DNA from: the human T2T-CHM13v2.0 reference genome, Homo sapiens
Direction: 5' to 3' (one strand)
Assembly: GCF_009914755.1 (NCBI RefSeq)
Contig: NC_060927.1
Length of the DNA stretch: 64,000 nucleotides
The position numbers and the translations under genes are program-made. This document shows positions 1 through 13,430 of the stretch, piece after piece. Position 1 is the first letter of the stretch; each line of letters opens with the position of its first letter. The notes under the pieces were generated by a model, which worked only from the letters and a program-made list of their open reading frames with translations, did not search any database and was not told where the DNA came from.

Positions 1-230
1 AGTGTTTTTCAAACTCTGACTAGAATTCACAGTAAGAAATTATTTTTAAATAGTGACACAGTATCCGCCCTACCACACATGAAACTGAAAGAAAAATTTC
101 ATGGAATAGTACACATTTTTACCACATGGAGTGCATACTGATTTTTTCTATTTCAGTCTATTCTGTTCTGTTAATTTAAAGGAAAAAAATAAAAAGCTGG
201 CATGACTTACAATTGACTGTGTAACTCAAG
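1..230. mobile_element. Probable hAT-Charlie MER fragment
   Basis: Starts agtgtttttcaaact...cacagtaagaaat, resembling Charlie-type MER ends; subfamily uncertain. Confidence 0.4.
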
Positions 231-241
231 AACAATTGGTA

Positions 242-421
242 CAGTGATTGTTAACCCTGGATAACATTAGAATCATATGGTTTTTTTTCCCCCCAAAATA
301 ACATTGCAGGGTTCCTACTCAAGGCCAAAAAACCAGAATTTTCAGTGTGAAGTAAGGGCAGTGTTATTGTTTAAAATGTTTCCCAGTGATGCTAAGGTGC
401 AGCCAGGATTGGAAACCACTG
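242..421. mobile_element. MER5A-like hAT-Charlie MITE
   Basis: cagtgattgttaaccctgg...cattagaatca...cccagtgatgctaaggtgcagccaggattggaaaccactg; terminal inverted repeats. Confidence 0.75.
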
Positions 422-784
422 TTCTGATGGGTCTTGATCTCACATTGAAAAATCCTGATCTAGAAGTTTAAGTCAACATTACATTCATGTTGGGACTACA
501 GAAGTCTGAAGTGTTGAGTTTTTCTGATAACATAAACCAGGGTGATTATCTGACTTACTTTTTTGCTACTAGTACCCATTATAAGAGTTTTATTTGTGTG
601 AATACAAGTGAAGAATGGCTTTATTCCGTGCAACCCAAAGAGAATGTGGGTTACATGTGGTCCATGCTGAAGTCTTAATCAGTGGAAGGAAAAAAAGAAG
701 CTCCAAACTATAAAACCTAAGTCTATGGGTTATGTACAAACAAAACCAAGAACCCTAACCTATTCAACCTTTTGCTTTGCTATG

Positions 785-1131
785 TATATTAGTCTGTTTT
801 CATGCTGCTCATAGATATACCAGAGACTGGGCAATTTACAAAAGAAGTTTAATGGACTCACAGTTCCACGTGGCTGGGAAGCCCTCATAATCATGGTGGA
901 AGGTGAAAGGCACATTGCTCATGGCAACAGACAAGAGAACTTGTGCAGGGAAACTCCCCTTTCTAAAACCATCAGATCTTGTAAGACCTACTCCCTATTA
1001 TAAGAATAGCATGGGAAAGACCTGCCCCCATGATTCAACTACTTCCCACTGGGTCCTCCCACAACACAAAGGAATTGTGGGAGCTACAATTCAAAATGAG
1101 ATTTGGGTGGGGATAGAGGCAAACTGTATCA
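785..1131 (-). mobile_element. THE1 (ERVL-MaLR) solo LTR
   Basis: Full-length reverse match to the THE1A/B consensus; 5-bp TSD ctatg at 780-784 and 1132-1136. Confidence 0.92.
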
Positions 1132-1329
1132 CTATGTTACTGTGATATGGAAGAAGAAAAACTTGTGTTCAGAAGCTAGTATCAACAGATAGGGGAACTT
1201 TGCTCACTTGGCTCTGATAGGAAGAACTGTGATCCTTCCTCTTCTCATATTATTGCTAACTCTGAGTTTCTGGGATCCATTTGAGGCCCTACTTTGTTGA
1301 GAAAGGGATTTTAGGTAGCCTACAATATG

Positions 1330-1450
1330 GTAGGATTGGGAGGAGGACAGGAGGAAGGAGAGAAGAGAGATAGAAGTGAGGGAGGTAGGGTAGATCGGGG
1401 AAGAAGAGAAGGAAGGGGAAATAAAAAGGGGAGAATGTGGAACAGAAGAA
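1330..1450. repeat. GA-rich low-complexity tract
   Basis: Purine-rich run (ggaggaggacaggaggaaggagagaagag...). Confidence 0.6.
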
Positions 1451-2529
1451 ATGAGGTTCAAAGCCAAGAGAAAATGCAGTGAGGAAGCCTGGAGTGACTG
1501 CACACACACTCCATGAGAAGGCACATGAGAAGGGAAACAGAAGAGATTACAGAATTTGACAAATTTTTGGCATATCTGGGAACTGATGCATAGTATAGCA
1601 AAGGCATTCAGTAGTCATTTGCTCCTTCTGAACTTCAGGTATTTGCTATGTAACTGTCAACTACATCACCTTGCTTCATCATATAACATTTTCATTCATC
1701 TGCAAATTGAGGATAATAATATTGCACTGCAGCCCACCTCCTGGAGATATTTGGATTATTTGTGGCATGATTAAGTAAATGCCTGGAAAAAATATATTTA
1801 TTAACACAGGACATATTTCTTCAGTCTAGATGGATTAATTGCATCTCTCCAAAATAGGCAGACATATAGAAATGTTCTCTTTCAAACTGGACAAAACAGA
1901 CACAGAGTGAGTGTTCTGCTTTGGAATGAGGCTGGAAGAGCAAATCTTCACCAAGAGCACAATACTTAACAAAATCAATCTATGTCCCCAGCTTATTGTG
2001 ATGCTGTCAACAAAGGCATGGTTCCTTCTCAAATAGAATTTTACATTTCAATTTTACCTGTAGCAGTAAGGCCTGTGGCCTACATTTCTTGGAGTTTGAG
2101 CATTCTTGAGAGGTCTGGCCTCTGAGGCCTGGAGTATAGGTAGGAGATTGATTTCACAGACAGGAAAATGCTATGCAGGAATGCAAGTTCTGAAACACGA
2201 GTTCCCTGGTCGTCTTTGTATAAATCCCATTGAAGATTTGTGGGATATTACTGACATTACTATAATCATGAGCAGTCCTATTTAAAACTATCCTTAAATA
2301 GCAGTTAAACATTTAAGAAGTACTTGGCAGAATCTTTGGATAGAACAAAAGATGTAGTGGACAATAGCATTTTTTCAAGGACTTATGATAAAATGCAGAA
2401 ATGCGCTGAAATGACAAAAAACGTTTCCACTATACTAATGGCTATTTGTTCAGGCAGAAAGAGCCTGTGCATTAGCATGTGGGTTACTCCTCAACATAGA
2501 CATAACAAGGAAAAAGGAAATTACATTTA

Positions 2530-2720
2530 TCGTGTGCTTACTACTTGATTAACAATGCACTGCACACGTTTGAACATTATCTCATTTAATGTTATATTAG
2601 TTTTTCAAAACAGAAGGTGTCTTCATTATACAGATAAAAGCATCAAGGTTCAGAAAGGTTAAATGACTTGTCAAAGTCACACAAGGCAGTCCCAAGCAGA
2701 GGAATAATTTGAACACAAAT
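2530..2720. mobile_element. MIR fragment
   Basis: ttatctcatttaat...tacagataa...aggttcagaaaggttaaatgacttgtcaaagtcacac MIR core. Confidence 0.65.
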
Positions 2721-2889
2721 CTTGCTGGGTTTCAAGGTCCATAGGTTCATTTACCCACTGAGAAATCATAGTTAATCCCAGAATTTCCCAGTTCAAACTA
2801 TAGCCTTAAAGACTGGTAAAGCAAACCCACATCTCTGGATGTTCTAAAACAAGGATGAGCAAGTGAGTACACCTTATATATCCTATATA

Positions 2890-3103
2890 GGATAGATAGA
2901 ATCTTATCTGTATAGGGCCAGGTAGTAAATACTTTCAGGTTTGCAAGCCATATGATCTCTATCACAACCACTGAACTCTATGGTTGTAGCATGAAAGCTG
3001 CCATAGAGGATATTTAAATGAGCATGCCTGTGTTCTACTAAAACTTTATAAGAACAGGTGACAGGCCAGGTTTAACCCAAGGGCCATAATTTTTAGACCC
3101 CAT
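2890..3103. mobile_element. MER58A-like hAT-Charlie element
   Basis: ctgtatagggccaggtagtaaatact...gttgtagcatgaaagctgccatag...aaaactttat...gggccataatttttagacccc. Confidence 0.8.
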
Positions 3104-3235
3104 GCTTTAAGACATTCCAGTGAAGAGACATTCCATAAGATAGTCATTTCCAAATTTGTAGAGGCAGAAAAAGTTAAACATTTATATGAAGGCTGCAAAA
3201 CCAGAGACATTATTCTTGATTAAAAAAAAGAATAA

Positions 3236-3462
3236 GAGTTCAAGATCAGCCTGGCCAAGATAGTGAAATCCTGCCTCTACTAAAAATATAAAAATTAGCT
3301 GGGCATGGTGGTGGGCACCTGTAATCCCAGCTACTTGGAAGACTGAGGCAGGAGAATCACTTGAACCTGGGAGGCGGAGATTTCAATGAGCCGAGATTGT
3401 GCCACTGCACTCCAGCCTGGGTGACAGAGCCAGACTCTGTCTCATTTAAAAAAAAAAAAAAA
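3236..3462 (+). mobile_element. 5'-truncated AluS
   Basis: Begins at the B box (gagttcaagatcagcctggcc); complete right arm and A tail. Confidence 0.92.
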
Positions 3463-4334
3463 TTTTTTTCATTAAGGCAAATTTTTAATCCCTTTTACAC
3501 AGTAAATACTTAGCCACTAAAAGAGATACTTAAACTGGGAGATAAAATGGCCATGGTTTATTTGCCTTTCTGGATTTGAGAAACATTTTACACAATTCCC
3601 ATAGAGAATGGCATTTGAAAATCAAGACCCATACTGGCTTATAATTTCTAATTTTCATTGTTCCCCCGATGCCCCAAGAAGAAAAAAAATTTACTCTGTG
3701 ATAAAACTGGTTAAATTTGTGTTCATTTTCTGTTTTACTGCAAACAGCAAGTGGAAGTTACTAGTAAAGGAACAAAAAGGAAGGCAGGGAGGGAAAGTAG
3801 ACAGTTCTCTCTGGTCGGTTAGGAGGAGGGCTATGTGATGACATTTACGATTCTCTGGCACAATTCTAGGTCTCCAGGTATGAGAATTATGGTTTCCAAA
3901 CCAAACAAGAAAACCGTTGTCTGACAGATTGCAAGTGTCCCGAAGGGAACAAGAGAACCAGATGTATTTAGAACAACCATGACTGCAAATCCTGGGGGAG
4001 AGTGACTATATCTACAGAATTTCTGTACAACCTTGGCTGAAAGAGGGAAAGTGTAATGAGAAAAACCTATAGGCAAGAGTCTGGGGACCGAATTGAGTTA
4101 GGTGGAGATTTATAGGTCAGTTTAACCCGACTGGCTGTGGAAATGAGTTAGAATTAGCAAAATCATCAGCATTACTACTTCATTTTGTATAGGTTCCAAA
4201 GGGGATTAAACAATCAGGTTTTATCTTTCTAAATCAATGTTTTCTATTTCTGTACACTGTTACGGCTTTACAATTCAGTTTTAGGTGGGAAACAGGGTTG
4301 ATCCATTACCTGCCATCTTGTTTTAGGCACACAT

Positions 4335-4530
4335 AAGCTGTGTGGTTAAAAGCATGGATTGCGGACTAAGCATGACTGACTGAATCCCAGTTCCATCCTT
4401 TATGAGCTTCATGGCCGTGAGCATGTTATTTATGCTTTCTGTATTCAGGTTCCTCGTCTGTACAGTGGGAAGGGGGAATAGTCCCTACCTCATGGGATTT
4501 GATATGTGGATTTAATGGGTTACTATATTT
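4335..4530. mobile_element. MIR
   Basis: gtggttaaaagcatgga...gaatcccagttccatc...ttcctcgtctgtacagtggga. Confidence 0.65.
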
Positions 4531-4933
4531 ATCCACTTGTTTTATCTGTTTATTGAACTTGCCAGGCCTGCACTGGACATGAGAACAGGTAAGGGAGCCT
4601 CTATTTCAGTATAGATGAGAGGCTAATGGCTCCACCATTAGAGGAATTTGCGATATGTACTGAACAAATGCTTGGCTAGAGAGGAGACCCCTAATGCATC
4701 CTGGAAAAGCAGAAAGGCCCCCTGGAAGAGTTGAGGCTTGAGCCTCAACTGTTTCATGAGAGAAACAGTAGGACTTAGGACTCAAGTGGGCAAAGAAGAG
4801 TTTCTGGTTTTCCACACAGAAGGAACAACTTGGCTGTAGGAAAATAAATGCATTCTTAATGTGATGTTAAAATCCCTCCATATGTGATCTGAAATTGCTT
4901 CCAAGCCTCATCTCCCAGCACATCGTTCCCTAG

Positions 4934-5333
<400 letters not shown>

Positions 5334-7048
5334 TAATTTCTGACAGTTCAGTGTTTGTCAGAAATCAGGGGATAACTGTATTGTATAGCATCTTAGGGTG
5401 AAGAGTACCTATTCCTGTCCCATATCCAATCACTTATATAGTCCCCAAGCCTATCACTGCTCAGCATACCCTCTAAAAAGTCAGCATGGGCTGACATACA
5501 GTGCCCATACCCCAGTGACCTAAAATGAACCGTAGACATTTTCTTTCTCCCCTGCCTTACAAAATCCATGAACCCATTACAATGATGAGAGACAATATGT
5601 CTTCTCTATAGTCTCGTGTAGCCTGGCATGCGTGTCTGTTTTTGGTTCTAAATAATTATGATAAATGTCCTGAATGTAAGTGACAACCTTTCTCAAAATT
5701 GTCTAAAGCTGTAGAGGCATTGAGAAAAATAAATCCCCATACAGGGAGTGTTAAACTCCATGAGTTCATACTAATTTTATTGTTATATTGTAAATCCAAT
5801 ATCAGATTCTAGAATATACTTAAGATTCCAGCTCTGTGAAATTAACCTTGCCACCAATCATGGGTAAGTCATTTCCTCAATCACAAGCTTTTTAAACAAA
5901 GAAGACATTTGAAGAACTCTACTTCCCTAGAGATTTTCCTTTTAGATTTCAATTGAACTTTTTAAGTGCAGGGGCCCTATATCTTTCAAAATTGGGAAAT
6001 GAAATCTATTACAGTGGCTAATCCTCTAATGCTTGATGTTGCTACCTCACAGGCAGAAAACAATCTTTTCCTTATTACATATAAATTTCTGGTTCACACT
6101 AGCTCTGAAAACAGCTATGTATTTCATTGCATTTCACTACCTCTCTGGCAAGTTGAATATTGAAATGGCACAAAGATTCTGACAGTGCTATAAATGAATG
6201 CACCAGTATTTCTAGAACTGGATGTCGAGGGTATAATCTGCACTATGGTGCTGTCTAAGACTGATAATAAAACAGAAGAATACTATTTCAAGGTAAGATC
6301 AAAAGGACATATAATAGTCATATGTGCTACTTTGACAAGGGCATAATGAAATGTACTGGGAAGACAGACAGTAGCCTTACAAAAGAGAAGTGGTGAACTT
6401 CTTTCTGTGATAACTGCTATGGAACTGGAGATACGGAAGATACAATTCTTGTTTTTTTAGTTTCTGGACTACATTTAAAATTCGGCAATCTGCTAGTAAA
6501 TTGCCACAGCAAGACATGGAAGATATTCATTGTAGACACAATTTAGCCTCCTTGCCCAGTTCACAATGACCCCTTACTTCCCCTCTCATCCATAGACATG
6601 GGCATAATGAACCCTTGCTCCATCCCGCTGCCCTACCAATTGGACCAGAGGCTAAGAAGACTAGAAATGTGGAATTAACACTGAGAGATTCTAATTTAGC
6701 TTTGCTGGTCTCTTGGGCAGAGATGTAAACATTATACTGTGGAGGTGCCATATTTTACCTGTCGTGAGAACTTAAAAGCAAATATAATTGTTAGAAGTTT
6801 TAAAATTATATCACTTTGGATGTACAAAAAGGGAACTTTATTTTTCTTTAAAACATTTCTGATTTGGAGCCACCATTACTTCTAATGCATAATATTTAGT
6901 CTGGTCACTTTCAGAAAAACTCAAATTGACTAGTCAGACCATTCAGAAATAAAACATGGTTGATTAAGATTTTTTTTTCCTGAGAATAATTTCTGCCTCC
7001 CCTTGTTCTCTATTTCATGTTATTGTGAATTTCTCAAATGCTGCTGAG

Positions 7049-7239
7049 AAGAGTTGCCAGTTAAAATACAAAATACCTCATTAAATTTGAATTTCAAGCA
7101 CATTATAAATTTATAAAAGCCATTAATATAAGTATGTCCTATGTAACATTTGAGATATACTTACACTAAAATATTGTTTAATGAAAATCAAATTTAACTG
7201 AGCCTCCTGTGTTTTTATTTACTGAATCTGGCAACCCTA
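7049..7239. mobile_element. MER53 palindromic hAT MITE
   Basis: Ends aagagttgccag and ctggcaacccta; internal taaatttgaatttca / tgaaaatcaaatttaa and ataagtatgtcc / gatatacttac symmetry. Confidence 0.85.
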
Positions 7240-7951
7240 CACTGAGGTGTGAAATTTCCTTGTCCAATTTGGTCACTGCAGTTGTGTGTTGAGCTCCACC
7301 CTTAGCTCATCCCAAGATGGTCTTCCCACCTTGCTGCTTATACCTGAATATCTGCTATGGCCTCTGAATGTCAGATCACTTGAGGCCTGCTTCTTGCTTC
7401 ATGCCCCTATTTCCAGGCTTCATTGTGTCTTGTTCATGTTCAGTCAGTTTTGGATGATCCTCCATACCAGCCATTCTGAAGCCTGCAGGAACACAGGGGG
7501 CTATCCCAGGCACTCTTATGCCTAGATAAAAGGCCATCTCTAGTTTCTGCTTGAACATATTGACGTGGGAGATTGAGGGGGAGGCTTCCCACATTGAGTT
7601 TCACCTAGAATTCGAGCTGAGAGGAAAGAACCTATTATCATTTCATTTACAGGGAGGTTCTATTCTTTCTTGGTGCCCCGGGTTTACACTTATACTTAAG
7701 AATTGCTTTCTCTTCAGAGAGTCCTCTTCCCTCCCCAACTCTGAGGCCTGTTTATCTACTTGGGAAAGAGGGTGTGAACTAAAAATGGTTTTTTGTATAA
7801 GATGTCCTTCCAAGAATAACTATGAAGTGTAAAAGGTAAAAATTTGTCACTCTTTATCTCTGGTTTCATTCTGATCATTGAGTACAATAAAAAGAACCAG
7901 AATTTCATAACACATCTTAAGCACTTGGGAGGTTAAAATCACTTTCATAAA

Positions 7952-7995
7952 TCAGCCTTTGCTCAGAGTAAACTCAGCCTTTGCTCAGAGTAAAC
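7952..7995. repeat. Perfect 22-bp tandem duplication (tcagcctttgctcagagtaaac x2)
   Basis: Read directly from the sequence. Confidence 0.95.
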
Positions 7996-7999
7996 TAAC

Positions 8000-10350
8000 A
8001 TGGTTATTACAGATTAATTGGAAAGTAATTTAGATGAGCACACTCCAAAATGGAACTTAAGGAGCTGAGCCAAAACTGCCCTCAAATGTAAAATAGCATT
8101 CTTACAGAACAAAAACATAAATCAGGAGAAAATGAATATTAATTACATAAATTTAATAAGGACATGAAAAATAAATGCAAAAAGTGATTCCTCATGGAAA
8201 GAAAAGTAATTGGAAAAAATTTTAATTAAAAATTAAGATTTCAGGCAGGAATACAAGATAAAAATGAGATAAAAATAAGGACATGGCATATATTATGCTA
8301 AGATCTTTGAAAATCTTAGCAAAATATATTTGAGAAAATATTGTAATGGACTCAACTAGAGCAGAAAATTAATAGTTCAATGAAAATGTAAAAACTGAAC
8401 ACAGAATTATCTACCCCAAAATTTCTGAGCAAGAGTTTTATAATTAAATTTCCTGAACATTTCTAAAAACTGATGCCTGTTATTGAAATTATTTTTTTAA
8501 AGAAGTTTTAAAACTGCACTCAAAATACTATCCAACCAAGATAAAAACACAAAGAATAGATCTATATTATGTACATGGAGGCAAAAATCATCCACTAATA
8601 TATTTAAAATAGTTTACTGCAGTAAAATGAGGTTAATCAGTAATACAGAAAATCTGTTAACATAAATTTAGTTTAAGGAGTAAATTGATAGAATTACCTT
8701 ATTTGATAATAGAAAGGTATGTGGTAAAACTCAATACTAGATAATTTCTCAAGATTTATAAAGAATGTATAACTTAGGGCAACTTCAATAAAATCACAAA
8801 GACAAGAATGTCTTCTGTTTACCGAACATATTTTTGAAAATTCTATCAGTCTATTATAATTGTAACCAATATGAAGCTAGATATTAGAATGAAAAAATGA
8901 CAATTTATACTGATAAAATCATATTCTTGGAAATGCAAGAGAATAACTTAAAATCTCTCAGAACCAATTAGCAATCTGGTGAAGTAGTTAAATATAAGTA
9001 AATATTTCAAAAGTTTTTCTTACATCAGCCTTAGCAGTTAGAAGGTTTAAAAAATAAAATATAAAATGTATAAATAACCCTAGCAAAACATGCAGGATCC
9101 TCTATTAGAAAAGCCATTGATGGGGTTGTTTTTTTCTTGTAAATTGGAAACAACAGGTGCTAGAGAGGATGTGAAGAAATAGGAACACTTTTACACTGTT
9201 GGTGGGACTGTAAACTAGTTCAACCATTGTGGAAGTCAGTGTGGCAATTCCTCAGGGATCTAGAACTAGAAATACCATTTGACCCAGCCATCCCATTACT
9301 GGGTATATACCCAAAGGACTATAAATCATGCTGCTATAAAGACACACGCACACGTATGTTTATTGTGGCACTATTCACAATAGCAAAGACTTGGAACCAA
9401 CCCAAATGTCCAACAATGATAGACTGGATTAAGAAAATGTGGCACATATACACCATGGAATACTATGCAGCCATAAAAAATGATGAGTTCATGTCCTTTG
9501 TAGGGACATGGATGAAAATTGGAAATCATCATTCTCAGTAAACTTATCGTAAAGACAAAAAACCAAACACCACATGTTCCCACTCATAGGTGGGAATTGA
9601 ACAATGAGAACACATGGACACAGGAAGGGGAACATCACACTCTGGGGACTGCTGGGTGTGGGGAGGCGGGGAGAGAGGAGGGATAGCATTAGGAGATATA
9701 CCTAATGCTAAATGACGAGTTAATGGGTGCAGCACACCAGCATGGCACATGTATACATATGTAACTAACCTGCACGTTGTGCACATGTACCCTAAAACTT
9801 AAAGTATAATAATAATAAAGAAAAAAAGAAAAGCCATTGAAACTGAAATACTTACAAGTAAACTGATATAATGTGTGTCTTTTTTTTCTCTTTTTTTATA
9901 CACACGGCAGAGGAGGAAGCAGTAGATATGAAACTGGTCATGAACTGATCCCTACTAAAACCATGTGATGGGTTCGTGGAAGTTCATCTCTACTTTTGTA
10001 CATATTTGAAATTTATCATAAGAAGTTAAAAAGAATCTTTGTGTGAAATAAGATCTGAATAAATATTACTAGGTTGGAAGGCTAAAATCACACAAAGATG
10101 TTAAGTCTTCTCAAATTAATTCACAGGTTTAATATAAACCTTAGAAAAAATCCCCAGTGGAAGTTTTTTAAACTTAAGTTTTTGAAAACTGGAAGAATAA
10201 ATAGATGATAATAAGTCATTTTTTAAAAGAGTGAATATAGACTTACCCTACTAGATGAAATATATTCTGAAGCTATAATGATTACAGCAAGGTGGACTTG
10301 GCAAAACAATCAACAGCTGTTTGATTCAATGAATGGGATTATTTCAGAAA
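8000..10350 (+). mobile_element. Highly diverged L1M ORF2 remnant, interrupted by a young L1PA
   Basis: A-rich L1-like segments (aagatgttaagtcttctcaaattaattcacagg etc.); boundaries approximate. Confidence 0.5.
9121..9826 (+). mobile_element. Young L1PA (about L1PA2-4) 3' fragment with a 25-bp 5' inversion
   Basis: ORF2 C-terminus (…CCYKDTRTRMFIVALFTIAKTWNQPKCP…), 3' UTR and A tail; 14-bp TSD agaaaagccattga at 9107-9120 and 9827-9840. Confidence 0.95.
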
Positions 10351-11499
10351 TGGAATATCAAGTTATCTTCTTGCCTTATCCAGTCTTCTGACCCTTAATT
10401 AAAATTCCTCTACTTTTCTCCTCCAGTTTATACACTAATGCTATGTTTTATTACAAATTATTTTCACTTTAGACTATTCCACATTTCCTGTAGTTGATAT
10501 GCAGGTTTTGTACAATATTAGGTTTCACTTGGTACACCTAATGGGATAATTTGCTCATATGGAAGTCTGGTATCACTTGGAAACTTTCTCTATAGATGAA
10601 TAGTTAACATGTGTCACAAAAAGATGACAAAATTCCACAACAAGAATAGATGGCTGGATGATATTTCCAAATACCAATATCTCCTAATTGAAGAAGACAG
10701 GTTTAGCTTCCCATGTTTCTGGCAGTCACTGATCACCTCAGTAACCACTGTTGTAAGAGGTGTCTGGATGGGGACTGAGATGAGGGAGGAGGTGTTGCAA
10801 ATTTTGTTATAGGAGGAAAGCTTCTAAAAACATATATGGACTTTCATGTAATGCAAACTGCTGAGCTGGGCTGAAGGTGCTGAATTAGCTGCTTTCGTGG
10901 TAATGATGGCCGTGATTAAAGAAATATTCTCAAGCTTCTTTAAACCCAAGGAGCCTCTGTTTTTTAGATCATAAGAAGGGGTAGAAGTGGATAAAGAAAG
11001 CAAGATGCTGGTTATATAAGCAAAATATATTAATCTATACTTATCAGCCTAGATATATATTAATATGCATCTCAAGAAAATTTTAAATGATTTAATATTG
11101 GCTGGTGTTTTACAACTAATTTTCGCATTCTTAATTATGCTTGACTCTGACAGTGTGATCATATAATACTTTTAAAATATGGAAAGAAAATACCAGTTAA
11201 CTGATATGTCACCTCTGCTACAAGTTTCTTGACCAGCCTTTTCAGCAGTGTTCTCATTTTATTTACATTCTCCAACTCCTGCTTTTTAATCATTACATAA
11301 CTAAATAATAGCATATGTTTGCTTAAAATGTTACTAACCTTTGACTTAGGGTAGGGAGCATGTCTTATTCACTGAATACGCAGTAGTCTCTACATATTTT
11401 CAGGTTGAATGAAAGGCTGAATAAACAAATGCTTATTTCCAGTGGCAGTATTGAACAGCTGCTAATTATTAAAAATTCAGAACGTGGCACATATCAATT

Positions 11500-13430
11500 C
11501 TAATAAAGGAATAGATGAATTAAAGACCTTCCCACTGAATACAGCCAAGAATCCTGGAACAAAATATAAAAACTGCATCTAATGAAAAGCCTAGCAGACC
11601 TCCACAAGACAGGGATATAAACTACTGGGAGGTACAATGAGGGAAAGGGAACTCAGGGAGGTAAGCTAGAGACGTTCCTACTCCAGGACACTTTCAGACT
11701 CAGGGAGGACAGCCAAGACAAGAACCAGAATGGTGAGAAGGGAGGGAACAAAGATTGAGGTCCTGTGTCCACCAAGTGTGGAGACCTGGAGTATTATCAC
11801 TTCTCACTAGCAGATATCCTAAAGACTTCAGGAAACAAAATTCAAAAGTATTCATTGTTATTAAGGCCAAGAAAGAAATCCCTTTTCTTGTTTGGGACCC
11901 AAAGGTCTCCACCATGAAGTGGAGGTACAGGCTATACCCTGAAGATCCAGAAAAATGTCAAGCATTGGTCCTGAACTGCTAATTCCCTCAGATACACATA
12001 AAAATGAAAATAGAGATTCCATTTTTATAAGAAAGATCAATTCAGGTCTCAAATTATTCCTAAGGGTAAATTTTCAAATAAAATATTAAGTAAACCACCA
12101 AAGATTATAAGGTACCTCTCTAGACAATAGGAGAGCCAGGAATCATGGACACAAGAAATAGTAATAACACCAAAGGGAAACTAGATATTGAAGTTAACAG
12201 AAGAGATGGTAAATCTATGCTTACAGTGTTCAAGTATATAAAAGCTAATCTTAAAAACGCCAATAACCTAGAGATGACAGTATGTAGGTAAAAAGAATCC
12301 ATTAGAAATTATAAAGCTAGAAAGACAAAATAACTTGAGATGGCTTTCGCAGCAGATTAGATACAGCTGAAGAGAAAGAATTTCAAGATAGGTCAGAAGA
12401 AACTGTACACAATGAAACATGGAAAAACAAAATTAAGGAACATACAAAATAGAGAGTAAGAAGAAAAGAAAGGAAGAAGTCTTAATATGTATTTAATTGA
12501 CATGCCAGAAAAGGAGAGAGAAATGAAAGCAGGGATAATAATTACAAAACGTATCAATCTACAGATTCAAGAAACCCAGTAAAGCTCATGCAAGAAAAAC
12601 TAAATAAAATTCATATTTGGAACATCCTTGTTAAATAGTAGAAATATTTTTAAAGCTTGAAAATTTTAAAAGAAGCCAGAGGAAAAAAAGTCATTTTATC
12701 ATTAAAGGAATGACAGTTAAATAGCAGATATTTTAACACAACAACAAAAGGCAAAAAGAGAAAAAAAATTAATTAGAAAAAGAAAAATATCACCAAAGTA
12801 TTGAAAGAAAATTACTGACAATCTTAACACCAGCAAAAATGAAAAACATTTTTAAAGAAGCAAAATATAACAATATGCTACCATTTGACCCACAAGAAAA
12901 TTCCTAAATGTGGTCTTCAAGAGGAAGGAAAATTATTCCGGATGGAACCTTAGAGATAAGAAGTAAAGATATGTGCACAAAAATACTCATAGCAAATTTT
13001 TATAAAAGCCTTGAAATAAATGCCCGTCAACAATAGAATGAATAAGGAAATTGTGATATATTCACATAGAATAGTATAAAAGAATGAAAATAATCATCAG
13101 ATTGTGCCACAAAATGGATAAATCTTAAAGACATAAGCTTGAGCAACAACAAAAATCCAAGCACAAGAAAATACATACTATATGATTCTATTTGTATAAA
13201 ATTCAAAAACTAAAGTAAATTATATTATTTGGTATAACTACAGAGCAAAACTAATAAAAGCAAGCAAGAAAGTATCAGAAAGAAACACGTGAAGATCTCT
13301 GGGTTTCTGGTTATGTTCTTTATTTTAATCTGTGTGAGAATGACCTGTTCACATTATAATAAATCAAGCTGTTCATTTATTTTATGCATGTTTTTATATC
13401 TATCTATCTTATACTTCATAATTTTAATTT
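11500..13430 (+). mobile_element. Old L1M/L1ME fragments (ORF1-like segment and 3' end)
   Basis: agcagattagatacagctgaagag ORF1-like; aatacatactatatgattctattt...aattcaaaaac L1ME 3' end. Confidence 0.55.

Noticed and set aside
9227-9786. 104-aa and overlapping ORFs
   Set aside because: These are the L1 ORF2 C-terminus and its antisense frames from a truncated insertion, not genes.
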